A stretch of DNA of 64,000 bases from Actinomycetes bacterium (GTDB taxonomy: Bacteria > Actinomycetota > Acidimicrobiia > Acidimicrobiales > JAKAOS01): NCBI GenBank assembly GCA_021795215.1, contig JAJYPS010000002.1:2748-66747 (forward strand), given 5' to 3'. The notes beneath the pieces were generated by a model. The model ran no database searches, was not told the origin of the DNA, and saw nothing but the letters and a program-made list of their open reading frames with translations. Numbering within the stretch: position 1 is the stretch's first letter; each line of letters starts with the position of its first letter. Both the position numbers and the translations under genes were made by a program. Shown here one piece after another: positions 20,152 through 30,500 of this stretch.

Positions 20152-20302
20152 CCGCCGTCTCGTTGAGCGAGGTCGCCTGGCCGGCTCCGTCCCCCACACC
20201 TGCCGTTTCGCATCCGCTCCACGCGTGGTTCGCCGTCACGGTCCGTCACGGTCCGCCGGTGACCATGGGTGCGAGAGATGCCGACGCCGCCGACGCCGAC
20301 CG

Positions 20303-21151
20303 TCAACCCGTCGGCAGGCGAGCCCCGGTGCGCCCTTCGACTGCCAGGCGCGACGGCGGACCTCCCGGAACCGGCGTCTTCACGGCGACGCAGTCCATCT
20401 CTATGGCACTCAGGTCATGGTCCAGCGTCACGGGGAAGAAGCCGGACACCGAGAAGCCGAGGTCGCGTAGCAGGCGCAGCGACTCCTCCAGTGGAGGGCT
20501 CTCGTCGTACACCGCTTTGAGCGACACCTCCATCTGCACGGCGACGACGTGGCGCAGCGCCTCCGAAGCGCCTCGCACGACCTCGTGGTCCCATCCCTGG
20601 GTGTCGGTCTTCAAGTAGGTGGCGGCACCGGTGCCGATTGCCTCGTCCCATACCGAGTCGAGCGTCCCGACCTTTACGTCTTCCACCGACGAGATACTGG
20701 CTTCGGACCCGAAGACGGTTTGCGCGTAGTGGCTCGGCCGGCGAAACGAGCTGAACTGGGTGCCGCCCGTCACGTTGATCGAACCCGTTCCCTCGGACGA
20801 TCCGAGGGCCATCCTGTACGTCTGCCACGACGTGTCGCTGCTCGCCCGTTCGGAGAGCCGGCGGAAGTTGGCTGCCACCGGTTCGAAGGACACGATCCTC
20901 CCTTGGTAGCCGTTGCGCCGCAGCCAGGACCCGAACTCCCCGGTGCGGGCACCCACGTCCACCACAACCGTCACGTCCAGCGCCGAGAACAGGTGCCACA
21001 GGTGCAGTCCCAGCAGGCTCTCTCCTCCGCGGGGTGCTACCTGGACCAGCTCGACGCCACGGGCCCTCGCTCTGTTCCGCACGGCACTACGGAGGCGCCC
21101 CAAGTGCCGCCGCGCCTCTGCCCGCAGACCGTCAGCTTCCTTTTCCGGCAC
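20303..21151 (-). CDS. FkbM-family SAM-dependent methyltransferase
   Basis: VVVDVGARTGEFGSWL ... IVSFEPVAANF ... YLKTDTQGWDHEVVRGA, the typical FkbM layout. A GTG start at 21151 is proposed. The upstream part of the track ORF overlaps a better small ORF. Confidence 0.65.
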   Translation of the reverse strand: MPEKEADGLRAEARRHLGRLRSAVRNRARARGVELVQVAPRGGESLLGLHLWHLFSALDVTVVVDVGARTGEFGSWLRRNGYQGRIVSFEPVAANFRRLSERASSDTSWQTYRMALGSSEGTGSINVTGGTQFSSFRRPSHYAQTVFGSEASISSVEDVKVGTLDSVWDEAIGTGAATYLKTDTQGWDHEVVRGASEALRHVVAVQMEVSLKAVYDESPPLEESLRLLRDLGFSVSGFFPVTLDHDLSAIEMDCVAVKTPVPGGPPSRLAVEGRTGARLPTG

Positions 21152-21464
21152 GGCTCTTTCTGCCAAGCTCCAGGTCGGCCAGCACGAGGCTCGACCCTCC
21201 GGACAGAGCTGCAGCGGAGAGGACGGACGGCCATGCACCGATCTTCTTCGCCAGTGGATGCGAGCCGCCGAAGCTTCCCAGGTAGACCGCCACCAGAGCG
21301 ATCGTCCGCACCGGGCCGGCGACTGCCAGCCACCGGCGAGCACACCACAGACCTCCGGCTCCGAGAGCCACGCCTCCCAGCGGCCGAACCTTGGTCGCTC
21401 TGGCTACGACGTAACCCCCGACGAGGGAGGCCGCCGCCACTGCTGAAGTCGGGATCCTGGCCAT
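21132..21464 (-). CDS. small membrane protein (hypothetical)
   Basis: 110 aa with 3-4 hydrophobic segments (AVAAASLVGGYVVA, TIALVAVYLGSFGG, VLSAAALSGGSSLVLA). Confidence 0.4.
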   Translation of the reverse strand: MARIPTSAVAAASLVGGYVVARATKVRPLGGVALGAGGLWCARRWLAVAGPVRTIALVAVYLGSFGGSHPLAKKIGAWPSVLSAAALSGGSSLVLADLELGRKSRAGKGS

Positions 21465-21536
21465 TGGGGGAGCCTAACGGAGAACGGTCCCTCGCCGCCC
21501 GGCCGCTCCCCGCCCGGCCGCTCCCCACCCGGCCGC

Positions 21537-22685
21537 TCAGGGTCGGAAGTGCTTGCCGAGCGCTTCTTCCTGCCCCTGGTACGACGACCCGATGCTCTGT
21601 CCGTAGTGGGACTCCGGCTCCTCCAACATCCGCTCGAAGGTCAGCTTGCACACCTTCTGTCCGTGCTCGATCATGAAGGGCACGTCGTGTGCCCGCACCT
21701 CCAGCGCCGCCCTCGATCCGCCCTCCGAACCGAAGCCGAAAGCCGGGTCGAAGAACCCTGCGTAGTGGGTCCTCAGCTCGCCGCTCGTGGGATCGTACGC
21801 AGTCATCTCGGCAGCCATTGTGGGTGGTATCACGACCGCCTCGTTGGACATCAGAAGGTAGAAGCGTTGCGGCGTCAGGACGATCCTGTCGCCGGGTTCC
21901 CTGACGACTGCTTCCCAGTACGGCTGCGCGTCGAGCTTCGAGCGGGTCATGTCCAACAGCGGAGCGCTGTCCCGGGCCCGGTAGCCCACTCTGCCTTCGG
22001 CGTCGCCTCGGAGGTCCAGGCTCAGGAACAGCCCGTCGCCCACTGCGAGGTCTTCGGCTGCCACCGGCTCCCCCTCGCCGATCAACAGAGGGGACCGGGC
22101 GTGCTCCGCCTTCACCTCGTCGTCGGTTAGCCGGCTGTGCCCGACGGACAGTCGCAGCTGGTTGAGCGCCAGGTGGCGGCGGACACGGATGGCGAAGGAC
22201 AGTGGCACCACCTCCAGGTAGAGGCGACCTTGATAGCCCGCCACGATCTCGTCGAAGCGATAGCTGTTGTCCGAGATGACGCGGGTGAAGACGTCGAGCC
22301 GACCCGTGGAGCTCTTCGGGTTGGCCTTTCCCCGCACGTCGGGCGGAAGGGCGAGACGCTCTTCCAGGGGGACCAGGTAGGGACGGTTCGTCTCCAGCAC
22401 CGCCCCGTCGTCCCGGAGGTCCAGCTCGTCGATCACGAAGTCGCCGAGCTTGTCCTCGACCGGTTGCCGGTCCGGCAGGAAGCTGCACCTCAGCCGGTAT
22501 GCCACCTCGCCGAGCCGCAGGTCCAGGCTGGCGGGCTGGATGTTCGCCGCCGGTACTCCGCCCGGCCCTCCGTCGATGGCGCCTGCCCTGACCGCCTCCG
22601 CAAGTCGCTGACTGGGCAGCACGCCGTTCGCTGCCGCGGGCAGGTCGAGGCGGTGCACGCTGCATCTTAGCGGTCGAGCGGCCAC
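21537..22685 (-). CDS. long-form 2'-deoxycytidine 5'-triphosphate deaminase-like protein (double dUTPase-fold family)
   Basis: About 370 aa with GVLPSQRL..., IQPASLDLRLGEVAYRL, GKANPKSSTGRLDVFTRVI and LRTHYAGFFDPAFG. This matches my recollection of the ~360-aa DCD family rather than the short Dcd. Confidence 0.6.
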   Translation of the reverse strand: MAARPLRCSVHRLDLPAAANGVLPSQRLAEAVRAGAIDGGPGGVPAANIQPASLDLRLGEVAYRLRCSFLPDRQPVEDKLGDFVIDELDLRDDGAVLETNRPYLVPLEERLALPPDVRGKANPKSSTGRLDVFTRVISDNSYRFDEIVAGYQGRLYLEVVPLSFAIRVRRHLALNQLRLSVGHSRLTDDEVKAEHARSPLLIGEGEPVAAEDLAVGDGLFLSLDLRGDAEGRVGYRARDSAPLLDMTRSKLDAQPYWEAVVREPGDRIVLTPQRFYLLMSNEAVVIPPTMAAEMTAYDPTSGELRTHYAGFFDPAFGFGSEGGSRAALEVRAHDVPFMIEHGQKVCKLTFERMLEEPESHYGQSIGSSYQGQEEALGKHFRP

Positions 22686-22712
22686 GGCGACCAGCCCGAA
22701 GACGTCTTCCGG

Positions 22713-23330
22713 TCAGCTCTGGACGGTGGTTGCGATTCGGCGCGCCAGGTTGACCGCGTGGTCCCCGAGCCGCTCGTAGAACCTTGCCAGCAGGGTCACC
22801 TGGGCGGAGGCGGAAGGAGCCATCGACCCGGCTGCCACCTCGGACGTGAGCCGGTCGTGCAGGATGTCCAGCTCCTCGTCCGCCTCGTCGAGCGGAACGG
22901 ACCGCACTTCCCAGTCGTCGTAGGCGTCCGCCACGGCCCGCCACATCTCCAGTGCCACTTCGGCCATCCTCTGCACCAGGCCCCGGCTGGACGGAGACAT
23001 CTCGGATCCCAGTCCGCTCACGCCTCTCTGAGCGATGTGCTCCGCTAGGTCCGCGCTCCGCTCCAGTTCGGGCAAGATGTGCAGGACGCCGACGAGTCGG
23101 CGCAGGTCCGCCCCCTCGGCTCCGTGGCCGTCGATCCTGCTCCAGACCGCCTGCTCCAGCTCGGCCGTCAAGCCGTCTATCTCCTCGTCCCGGTCCACCA
23201 CCCGCTGAGCCGCGTCACGGTCCCCGGCGAGGAGAGTGTCTGTTGCGCCCGCCAGTGCTTCGGACACGAGGGCGAAGAGCTCCCGGACCCCGTGGTTTAT
23301 CCCGTCCTCGTCGAGCCCTCTCTGGTTCAC
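22713..23330 (-). CDS. PhoU-family phosphate signalling regulator
   Basis: Two PhoU repeats: DRDAAQRVVDRDEEIDGL ... ELERSADLAEHIA, and LDEADEELDILHDRL ... FYERLGDHAVNLARRI. Confidence 0.8.
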   Translation of the reverse strand: MNQRGLDEDGINHGVRELFALVSEALAGATDTLLAGDRDAAQRVVDRDEEIDGLTAELEQAVWSRIDGHGAEGADLRRLVGVLHILPELERSADLAEHIAQRGVSGLGSEMSPSSRGLVQRMAEVALEMWRAVADAYDDWEVRSVPLDEADEELDILHDRLTSEVAAGSMAPSASAQVTLLARFYERLGDHAVNLARRIATTVQS

Positions 23331-23431
23331 GCGCCATGTCCTACCCTCGCCGGTCGGTAAGCAACTGTTTCACTACGGTTCACCTGCGCGCCACTTTGCT
23401 GGATCGGGACGCCGCTCGTCTCAGCGTGCGC

Positions 23432-24085
23432 TCAGGAGCGGTGCCGAACGGGTGACAGCTGCGAATCGAGCATGCGGGAGACGAGGTCGACGTCACCGGC
23501 GCGGAGGCTTCCCCTCTTGCGAACCAGCCGCCCCATCCTCGTCGCGGGCGCCACCAGCACTTCGTCCAGTCGAAAGGGACGTCCGAGCAGCGGCCAGTTG
23601 GCATTGGGCAGACAGAGCACAGGTCGCACCGAGACTTGCTCCGAGAATCCGGCAGAGCCGACGACCATCCGTAGGGCGTGCGCCTGTCGAGCCACTTCGG
23701 CCGCCAGCTCGGTGAAGTCGGTGCCGCCCACGTTCAACCGCCAGCCGTAGCCGTCTGCGAGCATGGACCGGGCCGGCCTTCCCACGTGGAGGCGCACGGC
23801 CACCACGAAGACGCCGTGCGCTCCCACTACCACGTGGTCGAGCTTCGGACCGCCTCGAGGAAGCCGCCTGTCGTGCAGAGCTGCCCCGTGCCGGACGCTG
23901 GCGTCGAGGGCGAGCCGCAGCGAGCGCCGGCTTCGAGATGCGAGCGCCCATGCCATCTGGGACGGAGCCTCGTTCGCCAGCTTCAGCAGCCTGGCGCCGG
24001 GTTCCGTGTCTTCGCTTGATGTCTGGACTACCTCGAGCACGGCCACGCTGTCGTATCGGCTGCCTGGGGTAGCCCCCTGAGCCAT
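23432..24085 (-). CDS. NERD-domain protein (nuclease-related)
   Basis: The core LDHVVVGAHGVFVVAV with preceding acidic/basic residues is typical of NERD. It has no helicase or kinase extension. Confidence 0.55.
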   Translation of the reverse strand: MAQGATPGSRYDSVAVLEVVQTSSEDTEPGARLLKLANEAPSQMAWALASRSRRSLRLALDASVRHGAALHDRRLPRGGPKLDHVVVGAHGVFVVAVRLHVGRPARSMLADGYGWRLNVGGTDFTELAAEVARQAHALRMVVGSAGFSEQVSVRPVLCLPNANWPLLGRPFRLDEVLVAPATRMGRLVRKRGSLRAGDVDLVSRMLDSQLSPVRHRS

Positions 24086-24100
24086 CGTTGGCCCGTCGAT

Positions 24101-24160
24101 CCCCGACAGTCCTCCGGAGTGCCCGACAGTCCTCCGGAGTGCCCGACAGTTCCCCGGAGT
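24101..24160. repeat. 3 tandem copies of a 20-bp unit, each with a CTCCGGAG palindrome
   Basis: The copies are ccccgacagtcctccggagt, gcccgacagtcctccggagt and gcccgacagttccccggagt, starting 16 bp upstream of the NERD gene start. Confidence 0.9.
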
Positions 24161-24209
24161 GACTGCCTGCCTGATCTACGGCACCTTGCGGCGGCCGTCG
24201 ATCAGAGGG

Positions 24210-25388
24210 TCAACCCGCGGCGGGCGCCGGCAGGCACTGCGTCGAGAAGGTCGAAAGGCCTGGCACGGTCCCCGCCGACAGCATCTTGGTCAACGATCCC
24301 GCGCCGCCGTACAACCATCGGTCGAAGAAGTCCGTCGTGACCGCTGTCGTGATCTGCTGGTAGGCGTTGACCGTGGTGTACGGCTGGAGATGCCCGGCTC
24401 CTTCGAGGCACAGGAGGTACTTCGGCTGAGGCGCATCGCTGAAGTAGCTGTTGGTGTAGCCGGGCGGGTTGACGGAGTCCGCGGTGCCTTGCACCGCCAA
24501 CAGCGGAGGGGACCCAGCAGGAAACCAACCCCCGTAGTCCTCGAAGGGATAGCTCGCTCCCGACAGCACCGCCACCGCTTTCACTCTCGGGTCCCGGAAC
24601 GCGCTCACATAGCCGATGCCCAGCGCTGTGTTGCCGCCGTCGGACTGGCCGGCCACTCCGACTGCGGAAGGATTGACGAGACCTTGCAGTGCGTTGCCGG
24701 GAGTGGAGCTGGCGGCGATCATCTTGGTGATGAGGAACTGCTCGTCAGCGGGTTGGTTCACGAGATCGGCCTCGTTCAGCGGGCCGCCGGGGGTGGTGGA
24801 GGCGGTAAGGGGGAACGTCGGCGCGGCGACCACGAACCCGGCCGAGGCCCAGCTGCGAAGAAGCGGCGTGTACGCCGTCGGAGTCTCGTCGTAGCCCGGT
24901 CCGAACACGATCAGGGGAAATCCGCTTTTCGGGCGCACCCTGCTGCCGACCGGGTACAGGACCTCGACCGCCAGCGTCCTCGGAACCGTCACCGGACCCC
25001 CCGGCGCCCGGGGATACGTGACGTAGCGTCCAGGTTCGACGTAGGACAGCGCCAGCTGTCCGACTCCGTAGCGTCCGGGCTTCGGAGGAGCGCTGACGGT
25101 CGTCACCGGGGATGGCGGCACGGTCGTCGAGACAGGACGCTTCGGCGTCACGTCGCCGCCCTTGGCAGCCGGCTTGGTGGCGGAGCCGATTCTCACGCGG
25201 ACCGGCTTCGGGGCCGGCCTCGCCAGATCCGCTATGCCAGTCACCGCCAGGCCGACCATCACTACCGCTGCGAGCCCCACTGCTGCCCGGCGACGCCGGA
25301 TGGCGGCCGACACGTAGCGCTTAGGCGGTCGGCGGTCTCCGGATCGCGGCTCCTGCAGCCTCGTGACTTTGGATGGCCTTCGGTCCAT
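24210..25388 (-). CDS. secreted/membrane-anchored alpha/beta hydrolase (PAF-acetylhydrolase/chlorophyllase-like)
   Basis: N-terminal TM/signal anchor AAVGLAAVVMVGLAV, the nucleophile elbow GVAGQSDGG, and FPLIVFGPGY preceding it. Confidence 0.6.
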   Translation of the reverse strand: MDRRPSKVTRLQEPRSGDRRPPKRYVSAAIRRRRAAVGLAAVVMVGLAVTGIADLARPAPKPVRVRIGSATKPAAKGGDVTPKRPVSTTVPPSPVTTVSAPPKPGRYGVGQLALSYVEPGRYVTYPRAPGGPVTVPRTLAVEVLYPVGSRVRPKSGFPLIVFGPGYDETPTAYTPLLRSWASAGFVVAAPTFPLTASTTPGGPLNEADLVNQPADEQFLITKMIAASSTPGNALQGLVNPSAVGVAGQSDGGNTALGIGYVSAFRDPRVKAVAVLSGASYPFEDYGGWFPAGSPPLLAVQGTADSVNPPGYTNSYFSDAPQPKYLLCLEGAGHLQPYTTVNAYQQITTAVTTDFFDRWLYGGAGSLTKMLSAGTVPGLSTFSTQCLPAPAAG

Positions 25389-25499
25389 GATCCGCTTTCT
25401 CGACTCACGCCCAGTCCACCCAGGTCGTTCGCGCCGGTCGCCGTGCAGGCTGGGAGGTTACTAGCCGCGAGAGTGCGTGACCGGCCACCCGCCTTCGGG

Positions 25500-26249
25500 T
25501 CAGGCGCCTTCGGGCCGCCTCCCGGAGACGACCGCCGCTTCGGCCACCACCGGAGTGCTGACCACGTCCGTCAAGCCGGCCGAACGGAGCATCGAGACCC
25601 ACGTTTCGGGTGACACCGGTCTCTCCTGCACCCGGAAGAGGAAGCGACCTGCGTTCTTCGCTATGCGCCACCACCCGGCCGGTCCTTTGCGCAGCATGGC
25701 CAGTGCCTTGCCGGCAATGATCTCCCGGTCCCTGGAGGAGCCGCCTCTACCGAACATCATGTCGCCGATCACGATGAGACCGCCCGGCTTGAGCCACTGG
25801 GCCGCGGCTTTCACGAGGGCCGCCTTGTCGGCGTCCCTCAGGTGGTGCAGCGCGTAGTTGGACACGACCAGGTCGACGCTTCCGGCCTCGAAATCGAGCT
25901 GCTCGGCGGGAGTGGCCGAGGTCTCCACAGTCGAGAGGCCGGAAACCGCCGCACGTTCGGAAAGCCTGTCGAGCATCGCCGCACTCACGTCCACTGCGAT
26001 CGTCCGCTCCGACCTTTCGGCCAGAGGAAGCGTCAGGCGTCCGGTGCCTGCCCCGATGTCCACCACGGTCCCCAGCCGACCCTGCGGCACCCTGTCGAGA
26101 ACTGCCTCCACCACTCGGTCCAGGCCCGGCGAGTCGGCGTGGTCCCAGCTGTTGACCCTCCGACCCCAGGTGCGCCTCTGCACCGCGATGTTGGCCTTCC
26201 TGGCCAGGTCGCGGGCGTGGTTCGTCACCGTCCCAGCTCGTGTAGACAC
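25500..26249 (-). CDS. class I SAM-dependent methyltransferase
   Basis: Motif I VVDIGAGTGRLTLPLA, with post-I and motif II-like segments (VDLVVSNYALHHL, LKPGGLIVIGD). Confidence 0.8.
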   Translation of the reverse strand: MSTRAGTVTNHARDLARKANIAVQRRTWGRRVNSWDHADSPGLDRVVEAVLDRVPQGRLGTVVDIGAGTGRLTLPLAERSERTIAVDVSAAMLDRLSERAAVSGLSTVETSATPAEQLDFEAGSVDLVVSNYALHHLRDADKAALVKAAAQWLKPGGLIVIGDMMFGRGGSSRDREIIAGKALAMLRKGPAGWWRIAKNAGRFLFRVQERPVSPETWVSMLRSAGLTDVVSTPVVAEAAVVSGRRPEGA

Positions 26250-26304
26250 TCGTTCTCCTCTTTAGAAGGCCTGGTCCTGCCGGGAGCAGACTCTGAGCGC
26301 GCTG

Positions 26305-26805
26305 TCAGCCGCTGATCGTCCACCGGCTCTCCCGTTGCGCCATCACTGCCAGAGCCAGCCCCAGGACACCCAGGTCCCGCATCCCTATGGCGTTCACACC
26401 GTTGACGCTGAGCGCGATCACGATCTCCGCCATCACGAGAGCGCCCACGGCGCCCGCCAGCCTAGGGAGGATGCCCAGCACCAACGAACCGGCGAGCATC
26501 AGCAGGAGCCAGCCGTGCACCTCCACCGCCCCCACGGCCAGCGCGCTGGTCGGCTTCAGGACGGGGACGTAGAGCGTCCACAGGTTCGGTGCCAGCAGCT
26601 CCTGGACGGCGAAGTAGCCGAACACCAGCCCCAGCATCATCCGCGACACCACCTGCGCCCAGCCGCTGGCTCGTTCCAGCAGCGAACCGAGCCACAAGGC
26701 CCTCGATCGGCCCTCGGAATCGTTCCGAGCTGGCGACGAAGCGCCACTCATGCTCGGCCTCGGGGCGCCGCGTGCCGTGCCGGTGGAGACTGTCCGGTAG
26801 CTCAT
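26305..26805 (-). CDS. DoxX-family membrane protein
   Basis: Four TM helices. The N-terminal helix is RMMLGLVFGYFAVQELL. Its start overlaps the upstream gene stop (ATGA). Confidence 0.55.
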   Translation of the reverse strand: MSYRTVSTGTARGAPRPSMSGASSPARNDSEGRSRALWLGSLLERASGWAQVVSRMMLGLVFGYFAVQELLAPNLWTLYVPVLKPTSALAVGAVEVHGWLLLMLAGSLVLGILPRLAGAVGALVMAEIVIALSVNGVNAIGMRDLGVLGLALAVMAQRESRWTISG

Positions 26806-27404
26806 GGCAGGACTATCCTTCCCTGAGGGCTGGTGGCCAGGAACCCGTCGTCGCTGCCGCCGTACTCACCGCTCGGAGGTGCGTCGTCGCTCGGATTGGA
26901 GTCCACCGCGTACATCCTGTAGTTCGCGGGCACCGTCTGGCTCCAGAGCACCTGGGACGACCCGAGCGCCGTAACCGACCCTTTGACTTCGGAGCCGACG
27001 TGCGTAGCGTGGAAAGCGAAGCCCGAGAGCGCGACTTTGGCTCCCTGGCTCGCCGAGCCGGGGAAGACTTGGAACGAGTAGGGCTGGTAGCCCGAAGCGG
27101 CCAGGGTCGGTCCGAAGCGGAGTGCAGGCGCCTTGGTCGACCCGGTCGACCCGGACTTCGAAGTGGCCGTTCCGCCGGCACCTCCGCCGGGGGTGGTGCT
27201 GCCCGGCGATCCGGAGCTGCCGCCAGGGGCACCGCCGCCGCTGGCGGGAGTCGCCGTTGTGGGTGTACCGGGGGACAATCCACTGCCGGCACCCGGAGCA
27301 CCGTGCACAAGGACTCCTATCGTCCCCAGGGCCACACCGGTCACAGCCGTGAGGAACATGAGGGTTCCACCCAGGCGTCCCAGTGGCTCAACGCCTATGC
27401 GCAC
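26802..27404 (-). CDS. secreted hypothetical protein (signal anchor, Gly/Ser/Thr/Pro linker)
   Basis: N-terminal hydrophobic segment GTLMFLTAVTGVALGTIGVLV, a low-complexity linker, then a beta-rich C-terminus. It is translationally coupled to the DoxX gene. Confidence 0.5.
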   Translation of the reverse strand: MRIGVEPLGRLGGTLMFLTAVTGVALGTIGVLVHGAPGAGSGLSPGTPTTATPASGGGAPGGSSGSPGSTTPGGGAGGTATSKSGSTGSTKAPALRFGPTLAASGYQPYSFQVFPGSASQGAKVALSGFAFHATHVGSEVKGSVTALGSSQVLWSQTVPANYRMYAVDSNPSDDAPPSGEYGGSDDGFLATSPQGRIVLP

Positions 27405-27488
27405 GCGTTCCTCCCGATCCAGAATGAGAAGGCGCCCCTCGTGCCCGGGGCGGGCTCGCCTTTCTCAAGGTACCCCATCTCCGCCTGA

Positions 27489-27506
27489 GCCGTTCCTGAG
27501 AACGGC
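27489..27506 (-). terminator. candidate stem-loop downstream of the helicase-nuclease operon
   Basis: GCCGTTC-ctga-GAACGGC is a perfect 7-bp stem about 30 nt past the stop at 27537. No U-tract follows. Confidence 0.3.
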
Positions 27507-27536
27507 GGACGGCTCCGCTGTGCCGTCGCCCGACCT

Positions 27537-30500
27537 CTACCGCTCATCCGGTTCGGTGGACCGGTCGACCGGTCCATCACTCAGAAGGCTGACGACGTGC
27601 TCCATGGACTCGGCGGGCCGGCCGAGCCTCACCTCCGTGGAAGCGTTGCTGCCCAGGTAGAGCAGCACGCAGTCGCTCACGTGCCGTCCGCTCGCCATCT
27701 CGAGCGCGAGTGCGTACGCGCCTGCCTGTAGCCCGTACCGCTCCGAATGCCGCTCCAGTTCCACGGGACCCAACCGGCTCACGTCGTCGGTCTTGTAGTC
27801 GACGACCACCAGCGGCCCTCCTTCGCGCTCCTCGTACAGAAGGTCCACGAAGCCTTCCAGTAGGACTCCGCCTATGTCCGCCGCCACCGGCATCTCCTTC
27901 CAGTGCCTCCGGGAGGCGGCAACCTTCACGACCCCGCTCTCCAGTGCAGTCCTGGCAAGTCGGGACACAATCCCCTCCAACTCGGGTACGCCTGACGCCA
28001 GACATACCGAACGGGCGAGCCGCCCCACCTCGTCGCCCCCGGGATCCGAGGCGAGGTCCAGATGCTCGAGCACGGCGTGGACCGCCGTCCCTGTTGCCTC
28101 CGGCGAGTGGCGTCCGGTCCGAGAACGGAGATCGTTTCGAGAACGGAGACCCTTCAGCCGCTCGTCCCCCCTAGGCACCTCCGAGGAGGTCGCCCGCCAC
28201 CCCTCCGCATCCTCGGTACGGGAGCCGTCCGCTCCCGTCATTGACCACAGGCCGGTGGCCGCGGCGAATCGCCGCCTTGGTCGGCCCTCCCTCGACCCGG
28301 TCGTCAGGAGAGGCAGCCGGAGCGATGCCGGCAGCCGGAGGCCGTCCGGTTCGCCGAGTGGCTGGAACTGCCGCACGGACTGTTCCCCTGTCGCTCCGGA
28401 TCGAACGGCCCGCCGCTCCGAGCGTTCTCTGAGACTCCACAGTTCCGGATGTCGCTGGGACGCCTCCCACAGCGCCAGTGCCAGGGTGGCCCGGCGGGGA
28501 CGGTGCCAGCAGCTCACCACCAGGTGATCCCTGGCCCTGGTGGCGGCCACGTAAGCCAGGCGGACGGCCTCGTCCTGCGCCAGCTCCCGTTCTCGCTCGG
28601 CGAGCGCCTGGTAGCCCCTCGTCTGCAGCTCCTCGCGGAGCCGGATCTCCGCGCGTCCGGAGCCGTCCTCGAGGACCATCGGCAAGGTGCTGGAGCCGGG
28701 GCTGCCCAGGCCGCACAGAACGGCCACGGGGAACTCGAGCCCCTTGGCTCCGTGCATGGTGAGGACCTCCACCTCGCCGCCGCCGGCATCGCAGGCGGCC
28801 GTCTCGGGAGACTTGCCGGATGCGGCGAGCCGCCCGGCCGACCTCACGAACTGCCGCAGGCTCCCTCCCGACTCGTCGACCATCCGCGCGTGCGCTTCGA
28901 TCGCCCGTAGCTGCTGCCACACTTCCGCAGCCGAGCTGCCGTGGCAGGCCAGCTCGAACAGGTGCCCCTCCGCGCATACGCGTGACACCAGCTCCGCCAC
29001 CCCCGTGCCCAATCGCCCGGCATGCCACCGGGCCAGGGCGTCCATCGCCAGCACCACCGAATGGTCGGGCGCAAGGTCCTCCGGTACGGGAGCCAGAGGA
29101 TCCCACCTTCCGCCCTTGCGAACGTACTCGGCCAGTTCCGGATCGGTGCAACCGAACATCGAGCATCGCGCTGCCGCTACCACCGCGACTTGGTCGCTCG
29201 GGTCGGCGATTGCTCCCATGACCGAGAGCAGCTCCCGCACCTCCTCGGTCGCCCACCCTTGTCCGGCCCCGAACCGGGCCCGGATGCCCGCCCGGTCGAA
29301 GGCGTCCAGCAGATCCGGCAGGCAGACCCTGGAGGGAACGAGCACTCCTACGTCCGAAGGTCCGACCGGCCTCCAATGCCCGTCCCGCCCCTCCACCGGC
29401 CAGCCCTCCTCCAACATCTCCCGGACCGTCCTCGCAGTGTCTTCGGCCTCCAGCCGACGTAGCTCGGGTGCCGGTAGGTCGCTCGGTCCTCCGAGGACGT
29501 CCACGTGATGATCCCGGCCCCGACCGGCGCGCACCGGGTGCAGCGGGCGGTAGGAGGGCCCCCCGCTGTCGCCGCTGCGACCGCCCAACAGTTCGGAGAA
29601 CACGGCGTTGACCCAGTCGAGCACGGGCGGGACGGTTCGAAAGTTGGAGTCCAGGGCCACCGTCGTACTGCCCGGTGCCCGCCTGGCCGATGCGAACGTC
29701 GAACAGTCCGCACCCCGGAACCGGTAGATCGACTGGTTGGGGTCGCCCACGAAGAACAGCCGGCCCGCGTCGACCTCCTCGTCCGCGGGTCCGACCGCCG
29801 ACCCCGGTGGCCCCCCTGCCAGAGCCGTCGCGATCTCCAACTGGAACGGATCGGTGTCCTGAAACTCGTCGATCAGGATGTACCGGTAGCGCCGCCTGAG
29901 TGACCGCCTGGCCGGCTCGTCGCTCTTGACGGTCCTGCGGGCGAGAACCAGCAGGTCGTCGAAGCTCAGCCTGCCCTGCTGCCGCCTGCGAGCCGCCGAC
30001 GCGCAGAGGTAAGTCGTAAGATGCTTCCCGAGAAGGTCGGCCGTCTCCGCCTTCGCTCGGCCGAGAATGTCGCGCTTCTCGTCCTCCGAACGGCGCAGCG
30101 CCTGGCGGACCAGCTCCAGGCCCTTCCCCGGCCAGGCATCCCGGCGCCCCTTCCGGTCGGCGGCGAAGCTCGGCGCCCCGTCCAGCAGCCGGAGAAGGCT
30201 GGCCTCTGTCGACGCTGCGCCGATGCGCCGGCGCCATCGGCCCATCTCCTCCAAGTGGGCGCTCATGGTGTCACTGGCCTCGGCGCAGCCGCCGGCCAAA
30301 CCGAGCGCTTCGTCGAGTGTCTCTGCCAAGTGGCTCCCGTCCACAGGGGACGGTTCGTACAAGTCGGTCGGAGGGACGCCTTCGGTCCCCCAGTGCCTCA
30401 GCTTGCCCTGCAGAGCGTCCGCCAGCGACCGAAGCCTGTTGTGGGTGATGCCGAAAGCCACCACTCTCGCCATCAGTCGGGAGTTCCTCGGGTCGTCCGA

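Noticed and set aside
21537-24085. The long-form dCTP-deaminase-like gene, PhoU and the NERD protein, considered together as a nucleotide-depletion anti-phage module.
   Set aside because: The genes are separated by a housekeeping-type PhoU. The deaminase-like protein lacks the extra kinase-type domain that I recall in defensive dCTP deaminases. Nothing else defence-related is adjacent, so the link is only speculative.
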